Shown: positions 48,326 to 59,933 of the stretch, one piece after another
How the letters are laid out: each line of letters starts with the position of its first letter
Position numbering within the stretch: position 1 is the stretch's first letter
Source of the DNA: Candidatus Heimdallarchaeum aukensis
GTDB taxonomy: Archaea; Asgardarchaeota; Heimdallarchaeia; Heimdallarchaeales; Heimdallarchaeaceae
Assembly: GCA_021513695.1 (NCBI GenBank)
Contig: CP084166.1
Coordinates: forward strand, 1,120,001 to 1,184,000
Reading direction: 5' to 3'
Length of the DNA stretch: 64,000 bases
Program-made: the position numbers and the translations under genes
Notes under the pieces: generated by a model
Told to the model about the DNA's origin: nothing
Seen by the model: the letters and a program-made list of their open reading frames with translations, nothing else
Databases searched by the model: none

Positions 48326-48934
48326 CATGCAACCCTTGCTTCAGCAGCAGTCTTATTTAATGAGTTTAAGATTACAACTAACATCATTGAATTTGAAACT
48401 TTAAGTGGTTCTTTACTTGTATCAAAGAAAGATAATGATTTTTATTTGGATTTCCCCATTTCTAGTTTGTTCAAAGATGAAGAGAATTATCAAGAACTCA
48501 TTTCTGCTTTAGGAATCGAAGAAGCATTAAACATCGAATATTGTGAAACTTTAGACTATCTTATAGTTGAAGTGGAAAACGATCAAATTGTAGAAGATCT
48601 AGCCCCTAATTTTCAAAGAATGTTAGACAGTCATTTACCTAAGAATGTTGGATTAGTAATTGTTACTTCTAAATCTACTTCTAACAAAGATTTTGACTTT
48701 GTTTCTCGTTGCTTTGCTCCTTGGTTTGCTATCAATGAAGACCCTGTAACTGGTTCTGCTCATACTATTTTGTATCCTTACTGGTCAAAAAGGCTAATGA
48801 AAAAAGAACTTATTGCTTACCAATGTTCTCCACGAGGAGGAATTCTTCATCTTCAACCTTCAACTTCTCCTGATAGACTTTATATAGTAGGAAAAGCAAC
48901 TGTTGTTTTACATGGTCATCTATTTCTTGATTAA
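48326..48934 (+). pseudogene. phzF-family gene, 3' part (resumes in frame 2: HATLASAAVLF...; track ORF 48446..48934 is its distal portion)
   Basis: FDFVSRCFAPWFAINEDPVTGSAHTILYPYWS...SPRGGILHL matches the PhzF C-terminal domain. Confidence 0.75.
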
Positions 48935-49076
48935 TTTTATTTTTTGACCGACCGTTAATTTTATATATCAGTCAATGTCTTGAAAGTATCAGAAAATTAG
49001 AAATCTGAATTACGAGGTTACATTTAAGCTCGGAGAACACACAATACACATTTGATATCAAGGAGTGTAGATTAGA

Positions 49077-49790
49077 TTGTATGAAGAAGAAAAGGAATTA
49101 GTAGAAGTTGATGTCAACGAAGAGGGTATTGAAGAGATATCTGTTGATGAACAAAAACAAGAAGCTGAATCTAAAGAAGAAGTGGAAGAAAAGAAAGAGT
49201 CACAAGATGAGGTTGACGAAATAGAAGAATTGCGAAAATCGCTCAAAGCACTTTTTTCAGATCCTGAAGCATTAATCGAACAATATGTTCAATTATACAA
49301 GGAGCTAAAAGAAACAAAGGAAAAGCGCGATGAATACCTTTACCTTGCTCAAAAAACTCAAGCTAATTTGGAAAACTATAGAAAACAAGTACTCAAAGAT
49401 CAACAATGGGCTAATTTCCACAATAAATCCAAAATCTTGGAGAAGTTTCTTTCCATCTACGATGACCTTGCCAGAACTCAAGCTGAATTCGATAAGAATC
49501 CAGATATCGAACATGTAAAAGAAGCTCTTCGAATGATTTTTGATAACTTCAAGGCTACTTTTGATAATTTAGAAGTTAAAGTGATCTCACCAAAAGAAGG
49601 TGAAAAATTCAATCCTCGTATTCATGAAGCTATTCATGTTTTAGAGTTAGAGGACAAAGAAAACAACTCTATTGTTGAGGTTGTAAGTTTAGGATTTATG
49701 TTACAAGACTTAGTTCTTCGTCCTGCTAAAGTAGTGATTTCAAAAGTAAAAAGCAAACAAAAAGAGGAAAATAAAGATCAAGGTGATTAG
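49077..49790 (+). CDS. grpE: nucleotide exchange factor GrpE
   Basis: Acidic N-terminus, long paired helix, and C-terminal beta domain ([10 protein letters not shown]...[20 protein letters not shown]). Immediately upstream of dnaK. Confidence 0.85.
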   Translation: MYEEEKELVEVDVNEEGIEEISVDEQKQEAESKEEVEEKKESQDEVDEIEELRKSLKALFSDPEALIEQYVQLYKELKETKEKRDEYLYLAQKTQANLENYRKQVLKDQQWANFHNKSKILEKFLSIYDDLARTQAEFDKNPDIEHVKEALRMIFDNFKATFDNLEVKVISPKEGEKFNPRIHEAIHVLELEDKENNSIVEVVSLGFMLQDLVLRPAKVVISKVKSKQKEENKDQGD

Positions 49791-49792
49791 AA

Positions 49793-51703
49793 ATGTCTGA
49801 AGAAAAGAAAGAAACCAAGAAAGAAATAGTTGTTGGAATTGACTTAGGAACAACAAACTCTGCCATTGCTTATATGGTAGGAAATCAACCTCAGATTATT
49901 CCCAACGCTGAAGGAGGGAGAATCACTCCCAGTGTTGTAGCATTTAATGAGGATGGAACTAGAACTGTTGGTATTCAAGCAAAAAGGCAAGCTGTTGCTC
50001 AAGCTGAAAGAACAGTTATTGAGATTAAAAGAAAGATGGGAACTGATTATAGATTTGAAGTTGATGGAAAGAAATACAGACCAGAAGAAATTAGTGCTAT
50101 GATTCTTTCCAAACTTAAACATGATGCTGAGGAATATTTAGGTCAAAAAATTAACAAAGCAGTTATTACTGTTCCTGCATATTTCAGTGATGCTCAAAGA
50201 CAAGCAACAAAAGATGCAGGAGAAATTGCAGGTCTGGAAGTTTTAAGAATCGTTAATGAACCTACTGCATCTGCCTTAGCATATGGTTTAGATAAAGAAG
50301 AAGCAGAAAAAGTTCTCGTTTTTGACCTTGGAGGAGGAACTTTTGATGTTTCAATATTAGAATTAGATGAAGGTTTATTCCGAGTTATTGCTACAAGTGG
50401 AAACAATCTTCTTGGAGGTTCTGATTGGGATCAAAAGATAATTGACTGGATGATTGAAGAATTTAAGAAAAATGAGGGAATTGATCTTTCTGGAGACCCC
50501 AAGATTGTTCAACGTCTAAAAGATGCTGCTGAACAAGCAAAGATTGAATTAACTTCCAAACTCCAAACAAGAATTAATCTTCCTTACATTACCTTTGACC
50601 CAAAAACTAATACTCCAAAACACTTAGAGATGACACTTACAAGAGCTAAATTTGAGGAAATGACAAGAGACCTTGTTGAAAAATGCCGTGAACCTTCCTT
50701 ACAAGCAATGAAAGACGCAAAGTTAAAACCAGAGGACCTAGATAAGATTATTCTTGTTGGTGGAGCCACTCGTATGCCAATGATACAAAAAATGGTTAAA
50801 GAGCTCTTTGGCAAAGAACCTCACAAAGGAATTAACCCTGATGAGGTAGTTGCTTTAGGAGCTGCTGTTCAAGCAGGAGTCTTAGCTGGAGAGGTAAAAG
50901 ACATCCTTCTACTTGATGTTACACCTTTAACACTAGGTGTTGAAACTTTAGGAGGAGTTATGACTCCATTAATTGAAAGAAATACAACTATACCTGTAAC
51001 AAAGAAAAAAGTTTTCACTACAGCAGTTGACGGGCAACCTAGTGTGGAAATCCATGTTCTTCAAGGAGAACGTACTATGGCCAAAGATAATATCACTCTT
51101 GGTCGATTCCAGCTAGTTGGTATTCCTCCTGCGCCTAGAGGAGTTCCTCAAATTGAAGTTAGCTTTGAAATCGATGCCAATGGTATTCTTAAGGTATCTG
51201 CCAAGGACTTAGGAACTGGAAAAGAGCAATCAATTACAATTCAATCCTCACATCTAACCGAAGAAGAAATCGAACGCATGAGAAAAGACGCAGAAAAATA
51301 CAAAGAAGAGGATCAAAAGCGCAGAGAACTAATTGAAGCAAAGAACAGTGCAGAACAAGCCATATACACCACTGAGAAGACAATCAAAGAAGCTGAAGAC
51401 AAAATAAACGAAGACGAGAAAAACGCTCTTAACTCTAAAATTGAGGAACTAAAGAAAGTCCTTGAGGGAGAAGATCTTGACAAAATAAAGAAAAAGACTG
51501 AAGAATTAATGCAAGAAATGTTCAAGATCTCTCAAAGAATCTATGGCGCTGCAGGTCCTCAAGGAGCACCAGGAGCAGGGCCTACAGGCTTCCCAGGTTA
51601 TGGCGCTCCAGGTGAAGCTGCAGGAACTCAAACTGGTTCAGATATAGATGAAGAAAGTGTAATAGATGTCGACTACGAACCAGTTGACGAAGATGAAAAA
51701 TAA
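49793..51703 (+). CDS. dnaK: molecular chaperone DnaK (Hsp70)
   Basis: [18 protein letters not shown] and VGGATRMP signatures over the full length. Confidence 0.97.
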   Translation: MSEEKKETKKEIVVGIDLGTTNSAIAYMVGNQPQIIPNAEGGRITPSVVAFNEDGTRTVGIQAKRQAVAQAERTVIEIKRKMGTDYRFEVDGKKYRPEEISAMILSKLKHDAEEYLGQKINKAVITVPAYFSDAQRQATKDAGEIAGLEVLRIVNEPTASALAYGLDKEEAEKVLVFDLGGGTFDVSILELDEGLFRVIATSGNNLLGGSDWDQKIIDWMIEEFKKNEGIDLSGDPKIVQRLKDAAEQAKIELTSKLQTRINLPYITFDPKTNTPKHLEMTLTRAKFEEMTRDLVEKCREPSLQAMKDAKLKPEDLDKIILVGGATRMPMIQKMVKELFGKEPHKGINPDEVVALGAAVQAGVLAGEVKDILLLDVTPLTLGVETLGGVMTPLIERNTTIPVTKKKVFTTAVDGQPSVEIHVLQGERTMAKDNITLGRFQLVGIPPAPRGVPQIEVSFEIDANGILKVSAKDLGTGKEQSITIQSSHLTEEEIERMRKDAEKYKEEDQKRRELIEAKNSAEQAIYTTEKTIKEAEDKINEDEKNALNSKIEELKKVLEGEDLDKIKKKTEELMQEMFKISQRIYGAAGPQGAPGAGPTGFPGYGAPGEAAGTQTGSDIDEESVIDVDYEPVDEDEK

Positions 51704-51768
51704 AACTCGGTAAAGGATAAATTTAATATTATTTCTTTTTCTTCTTTCTACCGTTAGGAAGTGACGCT

Positions 51769-52917
51769 ATGTCAGAGAAACGAGATTACTATGAAGTCTT
51801 AGGAGTTAGTCGTGATGCCTCAGAAAGTGAAATAAAAAAAGCTTTTAGAAAAAAAGCTATGCAGTATCATCCTGATCGAAATCCTGATGACCCTAAAGCA
51901 GCTGAAAAGTTCAAAGAAGTTTCTGAAGCTTTTGAAGTCCTTTCTGATCCTGAAAAACGTGCAGCTTATGACAGATTTGGTTTTGCTGGTGTAGACTCAA
52001 GTTTCTCTCATGTAAGTGCGAGTGACTTTTCCTCCTTCAGTGATTTATTTTCTACACTTTTTGGTGAGGATCTTTTTAGTGAATTTTTTGGTGGACATAG
52101 AAGAAGAGCTAGTGGACCCAGAAAGGGTTCAGATTTAGTAATGAATTACTCTATTTCTTTCTACGACGCAATTTTCGGTACAAAAAGAGTTGTTGAAGTT
52201 CCAATAAAGAAAGTTTGTTCCACATGCAATGGTTCAGGAACGAAAAAAGGTTCTTCTCCTAGAATTTGCCCCACTTGTCAAGGTTCTGGTGTGGAGACAC
52301 TAACACAAAGAAGTGGTTTCACAATTTTCCAAAGACAAATTCAATGCCGTCAGTGCAATGGAAAAGGGCAAATTATTGACAACCCTTGTCCTACTTGTAA
52401 AGGAACTGGTCGTTCAAAAGAGAATGAAAAAATTAGATTAGAAATTCCCCCAGGAGTTGATAGTGGATTTAGACTTCGAATAAAAGGAAAAGGAGAAGAA
52501 GGGCATTTAGGAGGGCCTAGAGGAGACTTATATATTAGAATAATAGTTGATGAACATCCCTTCTTCAAACGCAGTGGAGATGATCTTGCCGCTGAAATAG
52601 CTATTCCTTATCCAATTGCTGTTTTAGGAGGAGAAATAACTATACCTACTCCTTATGGACCAGAGAAGGTAAATATCCCCAAGAATACTAAAGATGGAGA
52701 TGTTATTAGACTATCCAGAAAAGGAGTTCAACGAGAAACTAGATATGGAATTAATCGTGGAGACTTTCATGTAGTTGTAAGGATAGACATTCCAAAGAAG
52801 TTAACATCTGAAGAAAAGGAGCTACTTACTAAATTATCTAAAGTAATGAAAATGCCAGAAAAACAGCAAAAACTGTTTAATAAGCTATTTGAAGAGATTG
52901 AGAAAAATAAAAAATAG
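51769..52917 (+). CDS. dnaJ: molecular chaperone DnaJ (type I: J domain, G/F region, 4x CxxCxGxG zinc finger, CTDs)
   Basis: J-domain HPD (YHPDRN). [24 protein letters not shown] and CPTCKGTG repeats. Confidence 0.95.
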   Translation: MSEKRDYYEVLGVSRDASESEIKKAFRKKAMQYHPDRNPDDPKAAEKFKEVSEAFEVLSDPEKRAAYDRFGFAGVDSSFSHVSASDFSSFSDLFSTLFGEDLFSEFFGGHRRRASGPRKGSDLVMNYSISFYDAIFGTKRVVEVPIKKVCSTCNGSGTKKGSSPRICPTCQGSGVETLTQRSGFTIFQRQIQCRQCNGKGQIIDNPCPTCKGTGRSKENEKIRLEIPPGVDSGFRLRIKGKGEEGHLGGPRGDLYIRIIVDEHPFFKRSGDDLAAEIAIPYPIAVLGGEITIPTPYGPEKVNIPKNTKDGDVIRLSRKGVQRETRYGINRGDFHVVVRIDIPKKLTSEEKELLTKLSKVMKMPEKQQKLFNKLFEEIEKNKK

Positions 52918-52980
52918 TTATTCTATAACTTCTTTTTATTTTCAGATACTTTTTTATTATGTAAATGTGATTTATTATAT

Positions 52981-53916
52981 ATGAGTGATGAAGATTTTGT
53001 TCGTTGTCCCAACTGTGGAAATCTTAACATTAAAGGTTCGACAAAATGCCTTTTCTGTGATCAGGAATTAGAAGTTTCAGAAGAAGACAAGGGTAAAGTT
53101 GTTGAAATTTTTTCCTGCCCTAGCTGTTCTACTGATTTACCTGTTGGGGTAAAGTCATGTCCCATTTGTGGATGGAGTGAAGAAGGAATAACAGAGGAAG
53201 AAGAAACCCCAACGGATAGAGGAGAATCGTTAGGTATTCCTCAAGTGGGAGCAAGTGCGCCTCCAACACCTATTGTTCCAGAAATCCCCCAAACTGAGGT
53301 GACAGAAGAAGCGAAAGAAGAAGTTCTTACTCCCAAGATTCCAGAAATATTGGAAGAAGAAGTAAAAGAAGTAGAAGAAAAAATAGTTATTGAAGAAGAG
53401 CTTGTTCTACCAGAAAAAGTATCTGTTAAATTTACAATAGCGTTCATATGTTTATCAATATTAATTTCAATATTCCATTATGGGCTCAGTTTCGTAATAG
53501 CTCTTCCTTCAGTTAAGATTATAGACCCTAATGTCCAAGTTATTCCTCTAGAAGGTGACTTATCAACTTCAGTAAAAATTAATGCTGCAGCTTTTTATTT
53601 ATCTGCAATAATATCTATTGCTACCGGATACATTATTTCGTTGTTCATTAGAAGAAGAATCAAAGAAACAAAGGATATCATTCTATGGTTAGGAATTTTC
53701 ATATTTATCGACATGTTAATTCACATTGCTATTCCTGCTTTAGCTACAATAATATTCTATCCCAGAGAGATATTGTTTATTAATTTAACAGGGGCAACAT
53801 TAGTGTTTTTAGTAACAAATATGGTTCTAATGTTCACCCCATTTATTGTTGGAGGACACTGGTTGTTTACAAAACTTGATAAACTTTATTTCCCTAAAAA
53901 ATATGCACAAAACTAA
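52981..53916 (+). CDS. double zinc-ribbon membrane protein with acidic/Pro-rich linker
   Basis: CPNCG...CLFCD and CPSCS...CPICG. PTPIVPEIPQTEVTEE linker. About 5 TM C-terminal domain. Confidence 0.5.
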   Translation: MSDEDFVRCPNCGNLNIKGSTKCLFCDQELEVSEEDKGKVVEIFSCPSCSTDLPVGVKSCPICGWSEEGITEEEETPTDRGESLGIPQVGASAPPTPIVPEIPQTEVTEEAKEEVLTPKIPEILEEEVKEVEEKIVIEEELVLPEKVSVKFTIAFICLSILISIFHYGLSFVIALPSVKIIDPNVQVIPLEGDLSTSVKINAAAFYLSAIISIATGYIISLFIRRRIKETKDIILWLGIFIFIDMLIHIAIPALATIIFYPREILFINLTGATLVFLVTNMVLMFTPFIVGGHWLFTKLDKLYFPKKYAQN

Positions 53917-53928
53917 AGATGTTACAAA

Positions 53929-54360
53929 ATGTACGGAGAAAAAATAGAAAAATTCTTGAAATATGAACTTGACAACATTAACAAACATTTGCCAAGAAAG
54001 AGGATACCACTCAAGAAAGGGTTGGAAGTAAATACTTATGTAAGTAAAGGTAACGATAAAATTTCAATTGACCCTCGAGAAATACAATTTTTGCAATCCT
54101 TATGTCCAAAGAATAAACTCAATTCTGTCTACTTGCCAATAATTATAGTGAGAAGAAGGGATCTTGGCGAAGGAGCGTATATAATTAGTGGTGAATCTAT
54201 AGAAGAATTTCTAGTTTTGAAAGCTATTAACAAATGGAAGGGCGATTGGGAAGAATTTATCAAAGAAAAAGAAAAGAGACACTATTTTTATCTTTATAAA
54301 CCAGATTTACTAGAAATAAGAAAAAAACTTTCTACATGCACTGTTATTGCTTTTAGTTAA
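53929..54360 (+). CDS. hypothetical protein (143 aa), possibly archaeal UPF0216/DUF61-like
   Basis: Coding-like ORF only; the family call is weak. Confidence 0.35.
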   Translation: MYGEKIEKFLKYELDNINKHLPRKRIPLKKGLEVNTYVSKGNDKISIDPREIQFLQSLCPKNKLNSVYLPIIIVRRRDLGEGAYIISGESIEEFLVLKAINKWKGDWEEFIKEKEKRHYFYLYKPDLLEIRKKLSTCTVIAFS

Positions 54361-54411
54361 ATTATGTGGGGAAACTTTATTTATTTCTATTCTTTTTTTT
54401 CTTGATAAAAA

Positions 54412-55596
54412 ATGAATTCTTACTCAATTTCTAAAGAAACTTACAAAAAAAGAATGGAAAAAATTAGAAGTTGGCTTGAAAAAGAGAAACTATCAGCAAT
54501 GATTTTCTTTAACCCTATTTCTATTTATTATTTAACAGGATATCGTTTTATTCCTACAGAGAGACCTATTTCTTTTATTTTTCCCACTGCTGATGAACCC
54601 TGGTTTTTCATCCCAAGGTTAGAAGTTGAACACATTAGAGAGAAGATACCTTGGATAACTTACGAGTACTATTTCGAATATCCAGATTTAAAACATCCTG
54701 CCAAAATATTTGTAGAATTATTAAAAAGAAAGAAACTCTTTACTGATCCTATTGCCCTTGAATCCTCTAATTTTTCAGCACATTGGGGATATAAAGGTCC
54801 GTTAATCACAGATTTATTAAAAGACGATGTTGAAACCAAACTTTTTCCTTATCTTATTATGGAAATGAGAAAAATTAAAGATGAAGAAGAACTCAAACTT
54901 ATTCGCGAATCTGCGAAATGGGGAAATCTTGCCCACAAATTATTACAAGAATATACTGAAATAGGAAAAGATGAAGTTGAAGTTAGCTTAAAAGCTTCTT
55001 GGGATGCAACAAAAGAAATGTTAGGAAAACTAAAAGATTTCATTCCACATAATGCGCTATCAGCTTATGCTGGATATAGAGGTCAAATCGGTGAATGGAG
55101 TGCAATTCCTCATTCTGTACTACAAAAAACAAAGTTTAAGGAAGGTCAAACACTTGTGACAGGAGCTTCAGCCAATGTTTCAGGATATTTGTCTGAACTT
55201 GAAAGAACAATGTTTGTTGGGAAGCCTAACGACAAACAACGTAAATATTTCCAAATAATGAAAAAAGCTCAAGATGCAGCTTTAGAAACATTTTCTCCAG
55301 GAATCCCTTGTAGCGAAGTAGACAAAGCGGCTAGAAAAGTTTTCAAAGATGAAGGGGTTTTTCATTTAGTTCAACACCATACTGGTCATGCTATAGGATT
55401 GGAAGGTCACGAACCTCCTTTTCTTGATATTGGGATAGAAGAAATTATCAAGCCAAGAATGGTTTTCACATGTGAACCAGGAATCTACGAATACAAGTTT
55501 GCAGGCTTTCGTCATTCTGACACAGTTATTATTCATGAAGATGGAGCAGAAAGAATCACTCTATATCCCAGAGATATTGAAGATTTAATTATCTGA
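54412..55596 (+). CDS. M24-family Xaa-Pro aminopeptidase (second paralog)
   Basis: HHTGHAIGLEGHEPP and FTCEPGIY metal-ligand motifs; creatinase-like N-domain. Confidence 0.7.
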   Translation: MNSYSISKETYKKRMEKIRSWLEKEKLSAMIFFNPISIYYLTGYRFIPTERPISFIFPTADEPWFFIPRLEVEHIREKIPWITYEYYFEYPDLKHPAKIFVELLKRKKLFTDPIALESSNFSAHWGYKGPLITDLLKDDVETKLFPYLIMEMRKIKDEEELKLIRESAKWGNLAHKLLQEYTEIGKDEVEVSLKASWDATKEMLGKLKDFIPHNALSAYAGYRGQIGEWSAIPHSVLQKTKFKEGQTLVTGASANVSGYLSELERTMFVGKPNDKQRKYFQIMKKAQDAALETFSPGIPCSEVDKAARKVFKDEGVFHLVQHHTGHAIGLEGHEPPFLDIGIEEIIKPRMVFTCEPGIYEYKFAGFRHSDTVIIHEDGAERITLYPRDIEDLII

Positions 55597-56520
55597 CGCT
55601 TTTTTTCTGGTTAATATAACCTTTTTTCCATTTTCTTTAATGAATATTGTGTCTTCTGCTTGAGCTACAGGTTTATTAGTTATCTCTTTTAAAACAGAAT
55701 ATCCGTGTAAAACATGTTGTTCTGTTAACTCTTCTAAAGCTTTTTCTATTTGTCTTTTACTAAATTTACTAACTAACCATCGAGGAGAAAAAGGTAATCC
55801 ATAAAAGTTATTTTTTATGTAAACAAACACTTCTCTGGCTTGAGAACTTGGAGTGTTTCTTAACTGTGAATAATGGATAAATATAGTGTCTAGATCATCG
55901 TCAATTACTATTCCTTTTCCAGTTGTTGAAAATGGTTCTATTGCATAGGCATTATTCTTGTGAAAAACATCTTTAGGTTTCCACAATTTTTTATTTTTTC
56001 CATAATTAGGAACAGATAATCCATCATGAAGAGAGTAGTGTCCAAGAGAGTGACCTGATAAGTTTGTTATAGGTTTGAATCCTTCTTTTTTGATTATTTT
56101 TTCAACAACTGCACCCACTTCGTAAACATTTACTTTATCGTTTATCTTCTTTAAAGCTGCAAAAAGTGCGTGTTCAGCAGATGTTTTTAACTTTTCAAAT
56201 TTAGGGTCAAAAATCTTCATTCTTGCTGCATCAGTTATAAAACCATCAAAGGCCACACCTAGATCTATTTTAACAATCGAGTTATCAGGTATTTCACTAA
56301 TATCATCTATTATAGGCGAATAATGTGCAGCAATTTCATTAATAGAAATATTTACTGGAAAAGCGGGTATTGCTCCTTGTTTTCTGATAAAATTCTCTGT
56401 TTTTTCAGCTATTTCTAGTAAAGATCGTCCAGGCTCGCACAAACTCAAAGCTAGTTCCATAGCTTTTACATGTATTTGTCCACTTAGTTTGTATTTTTTT
56501 TCTACTTGCATTTTAATCAT
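55585..56520 (-). CDS. map: methionine aminopeptidase (M24A; archaeal type-2-like MetAP)
   Basis: AAHYSP, DLGVAFDGFITDAA, LSGHSLGHYSLHDG and YAIEPF motifs. Confidence 0.7.
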   Translation of the reverse strand: MIKMQVEKKYKLSGQIHVKAMELALSLCEPGRSLLEIAEKTENFIRKQGAIPAFPVNISINEIAAHYSPIIDDISEIPDNSIVKIDLGVAFDGFITDAARMKIFDPKFEKLKTSAEHALFAALKKINDKVNVYEVGAVVEKIIKKEGFKPITNLSGHSLGHYSLHDGLSVPNYGKNKKLWKPKDVFHKNNAYAIEPFSTTGKGIVIDDDLDTIFIHYSQLRNTPSSQAREVFVYIKNNFYGLPFSPRWLVSKFSKRQIEKALEELTEQHVLHGYSVLKEITNKPVAQAEDTIFIKENGKKVILTRKKASDN

Positions 56521-56716
56521 TTCGTTAATATAATCAAGAAGGTATTCTGTTTTTTATTTGTTTTCTTAATACAGAAAAAGAGAAAAAGTAGATTTATGAG
56601 GACTAAATTTCATTTTTTTAAAAAAAAGGAGACTTTGAAAAGTAACGATAATATTAAAATAGAATAAATGATAAAGTAACAAGTAACTAAACCTTACTTA
56701 TTTAGGAGAAAAAAAT

Positions 56717-58471
56717 ATGCCACTTGAAACAAAAAATAACTATTTCAAACCTGTTGAACCAAAAAAATACATTGGACAGCAAGAAATCATTAAGAGTTTC
56801 AATGAACTTATAAGCAAGTTTAAAGTTGGAGAAACAGAGAAAAGGTCTGTTCTAATCATAGGAAATAATGGTACTGGAAAATCTTCGCTTCTTTTCAAAT
56901 TATCAGATTATATTAGTGGAAGAAGAGACATAAAAACAATTTACAACATTAAGCCAATAAAAGAACAAGTTGAAGGATTCTTTAGAAATTGGTTAAATGA
57001 CATCGATAAGCTTACTCCTAGCTGGGGAGGTATTTTTGAAAAGATCCCTGAACTTCCTCTTCTAAAGGATGATAATAGAATTACTGATGAAAAAGAGTAT
57101 GTAAAAAACTTTACTGATAAGTTCTTCGAAAAGATGAACAAAATCGATAAAAAATTAAAGAGTGAAAAAATAAGGCTTTATTTTTTCATCGATAATACTT
57201 CAATCTTTAGAATGATGAGATATTCTATTTTCTATAAGATTTTTTCACAAATTATTGATGAAATAGCAAAAAAAGGTTTCAATCTTTTCGTTGTAACAAC
57301 TATAGACGAACTTTTCCTTTCAGAAATTGATGTCGAAAAGAAACTTACTTTCAATTCTGAAATCTTCAAACTAGAACCATTAACAGAGGCGGAAGCTCAG
57401 ATTTTCATAAAGGAAAAATCTCCTGAATTGAAATCATCTGATGTTTTAGAGCTTCTTGAAAATAGTGAAAGGACATATTTTGATCTTGTTTTAGCTATAT
57501 ACTTCATAGAGAAGAAGCTATCTGTAACTGATTATGTTGAAAAGAACATCGTAAAACTGCTTGATATATCTGAAGAGGAACATGAAGCTCTCCAAGAAAT
57601 GAGCACCTATTCTGAGAATCTATTTCCTGAAGAAAGACTACTTAAGTTCATTCAAAAGGAAACTTTAGATAATTTAGAAAAAAAAGGTCTAATCGAATAT
57701 TTTGGTGACTATATCCGTTTTACTCAAAATGCTCTTTTAGACGTGGTTAAATTTAATGAAAAATTGTATTCTACATTGACAATAATTATGATCAAACTTG
57801 ATAAAATACATCATGATTTAGAGAGTAACATAATACCGACAGATATTGAGTTTCAAGAATTGAGAAAAATAACTTCACGAATTCACGATGGACTGTCATA
57901 CAATGTTGTTGGAGCAAAAGTTAACCAAATAATTAAACTACTAATTAAGAAAAAAGAGTTCCAAAAAGCTTATGATTTTGCTTTATTAAACATAAACAAT
58001 TTTGACCAACTTCATGATTTTGTAAGAGCAGCTACTATCGCAGAAAAGGTAGGAAGAGATTTAGAAGAAAAACACTACGCCTTTGCTGGAAAATTGTATT
58101 ATAGAGCTGGTATTTTTTACGAGACTATGAAAGAAGATTCAAAAGCTAAACGAGCATTTATTCGTGCAGCTGATCAATTTGAGAAACAATTTTCCTCATT
58201 AGATGCTAAAAACAGTCCTTATTTATTGAGAGCGCATATAAAATCATGTTTAGATTGCTACAGAAAAGCAAAAGATGAAACTAAATTTAGAAGAATCAAA
58301 GAAAAAGCAATCAAAATCTTCCCTGAAGAATCGATACATCATCGTTACATCAGTGAAATTAATTACAAGAAAATAGAAGCCATACAAGCCACTCCAATTA
58401 TAGAAGAACCAAGAGAAGAAGAAAAGAAATCCATAGATATCGACGATTTAGAAAAAGAATTAGAATTTTAG
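56717..58471 (+). CDS. Arch_ATPase-family P-loop NTPase (archaeal ATPase, PF01637-like) with helical C-terminal half
   Basis: N-terminal pattern YIGQQEIIKSFNELISKF...RSVLIIGNNGTGKSSLL typical of the archaeal-ATPase family. About 300 aa of alpha-helical, repeat-like C-terminus. Confidence 0.55.
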   Translation: MPLETKNNYFKPVEPKKYIGQQEIIKSFNELISKFKVGETEKRSVLIIGNNGTGKSSLLFKLSDYISGRRDIKTIYNIKPIKEQVEGFFRNWLNDIDKLTPSWGGIFEKIPELPLLKDDNRITDEKEYVKNFTDKFFEKMNKIDKKLKSEKIRLYFFIDNTSIFRMMRYSIFYKIFSQIIDEIAKKGFNLFVVTTIDELFLSEIDVEKKLTFNSEIFKLEPLTEAEAQIFIKEKSPELKSSDVLELLENSERTYFDLVLAIYFIEKKLSVTDYVEKNIVKLLDISEEEHEALQEMSTYSENLFPEERLLKFIQKETLDNLEKKGLIEYFGDYIRFTQNALLDVVKFNEKLYSTLTIIMIKLDKIHHDLESNIIPTDIEFQELRKITSRIHDGLSYNVVGAKVNQIIKLLIKKKEFQKAYDFALLNINNFDQLHDFVRAATIAEKVGRDLEEKHYAFAGKLYYRAGIFYETMKEDSKAKRAFIRAADQFEKQFSSLDAKNSPYLLRAHIKSCLDCYRKAKDETKFRRIKEKAIKIFPEESIHHRYISEINYKKIEAIQATPIIEEPREEEKKSIDIDDLEKELEF

Positions 58472-58481
58472 GTGAAATAAG

Positions 58482-59921
58482 GTGTCAGAAAAAGAAATTA
58501 GTAAATTCAGTAAAGAAATAGAAAATTTAGAAAATGAAATTTTTGCACTAAATAGTTCTCTAGAAGAACTACAAGCTTTTGATAAATATTATAGCGAGCT
58601 TTTACAAATAATTCAGAATAAACTACTCTCGCTGAATGAAAAGCTTCGAGAATTGCATGATAACTCACATAAAGAATTAACGAATAATGTTGAAACAATC
58701 GAGGAAAAAACAAAGAATCTAACTCAAAAATGGACTGAAACAAATAAAGAAACAGTATCAACAGAGTTAAAGAACATAGGTGAAAAGTTAAACAATCTAA
58801 AGATAAAATTTGTTGAAAGTTTAAATTCAAACAAAAAAACAATTGAAAACTTATCCCAAAAATTTGTAAATGATATTAACAATATTATTAACACACACAT
58901 ACAAGAGTATGAGCGTTTTTCTACTAATCAAGTTAAGACAACAAGAGACAGTTTTACAGACATGAAAAAAGAGTTATCAGAACTACATTTGAACAGCATA
59001 AAAGAATTAGAAAAGAATACAAAAGATATAAGGACTAATTTTGATGCCAATATTAAAATTAATGAAGATATTCTGAAAGAGAGTATTCAACACTTGAGAT
59101 CAGAATATCGTGACAAATTAACTATGAATATGGAAGGAGTTTTTGAAAGTTTTGAGCGAATTAAAGACGAACTAGGTAACATGGTTACAAATACTATCCA
59201 AAAAATCCAGAATGAACTTTCAGGAATTACAGAAACAATGGATAAATACCTTATTCAAGAGATTTCTAAGATTCAAGAAATCTTAGGAGATTATGAAGAA
59301 GGAATGTTAGATGTAAACAATATAGTTATGAGTAACTTCGATGCATCTAAAAATGAACTGTTACAAACTTATGATGATCTTACAGAAAAATACATTTCTA
59401 AATACAAGAATGCGTATGCAGAACTTGAAGAGAATTACATAAAGAATAATGAATCAATATTAGAGGGTTTAGTTTCTAAATCTCAAGAGATGGTTCAGAG
59501 AGCAAAAACTGAATTCAGTCAACAACAAGAAAATATCAGTTCAATTTTAGAACAAACACACGAACAAATTATAAAAGATACATCTTACTTAGAAAGATTA
59601 TCTCAGGAACAGTTCAGCAAAATACAGCAAAGCATAGAAAGTTCATCTACTAAAATAAAAACGACCATAGAATCTTCACAAAATGATGTTAATTCTGCTC
59701 TTTCTGAACAAACTGTATCTACTAAAGAAAAAATCAACGAGTTAATTGCTAATATCAAAAAACAGGTTAAAGATCTACAAGAAAGTTCATTGAAGGCTTT
59801 AGATGAAGAAGCGAAACTTAAGATTACAGAAGCGGATAAAGCACAAAAAGAAAAGATAAAGGTAATTAATCAATTGAAAAAGACTAGTAAAACAATAGAG
59901 AAAATTAAAGAAGAACTTTAG
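58482..59921 (+). CDS. coiled-coil protein (479 aa)
   Basis: Heptad-rich, E/K/N/L-dominated throughout. Starts 11 nt after the upstream stop. Confidence 0.5.
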   Translation: MSEKEISKFSKEIENLENEIFALNSSLEELQAFDKYYSELLQIIQNKLLSLNEKLRELHDNSHKELTNNVETIEEKTKNLTQKWTETNKETVSTELKNIGEKLNNLKIKFVESLNSNKKTIENLSQKFVNDINNIINTHIQEYERFSTNQVKTTRDSFTDMKKELSELHLNSIKELEKNTKDIRTNFDANIKINEDILKESIQHLRSEYRDKLTMNMEGVFESFERIKDELGNMVTNTIQKIQNELSGITETMDKYLIQEISKIQEILGDYEEGMLDVNNIVMSNFDASKNELLQTYDDLTEKYISKYKNAYAELEENYIKNNESILEGLVSKSQEMVQRAKTEFSQQQENISSILEQTHEQIIKDTSYLERLSQEQFSKIQQSIESSSTKIKTTIESSQNDVNSALSEQTVSTKEKINELIANIKKQVKDLQESSLKALDEEAKLKITEADKAQKEKIKVINQLKKTSKTIEKIKEEL

Positions 59922-59933
59922 GAAGTGAAAAAA

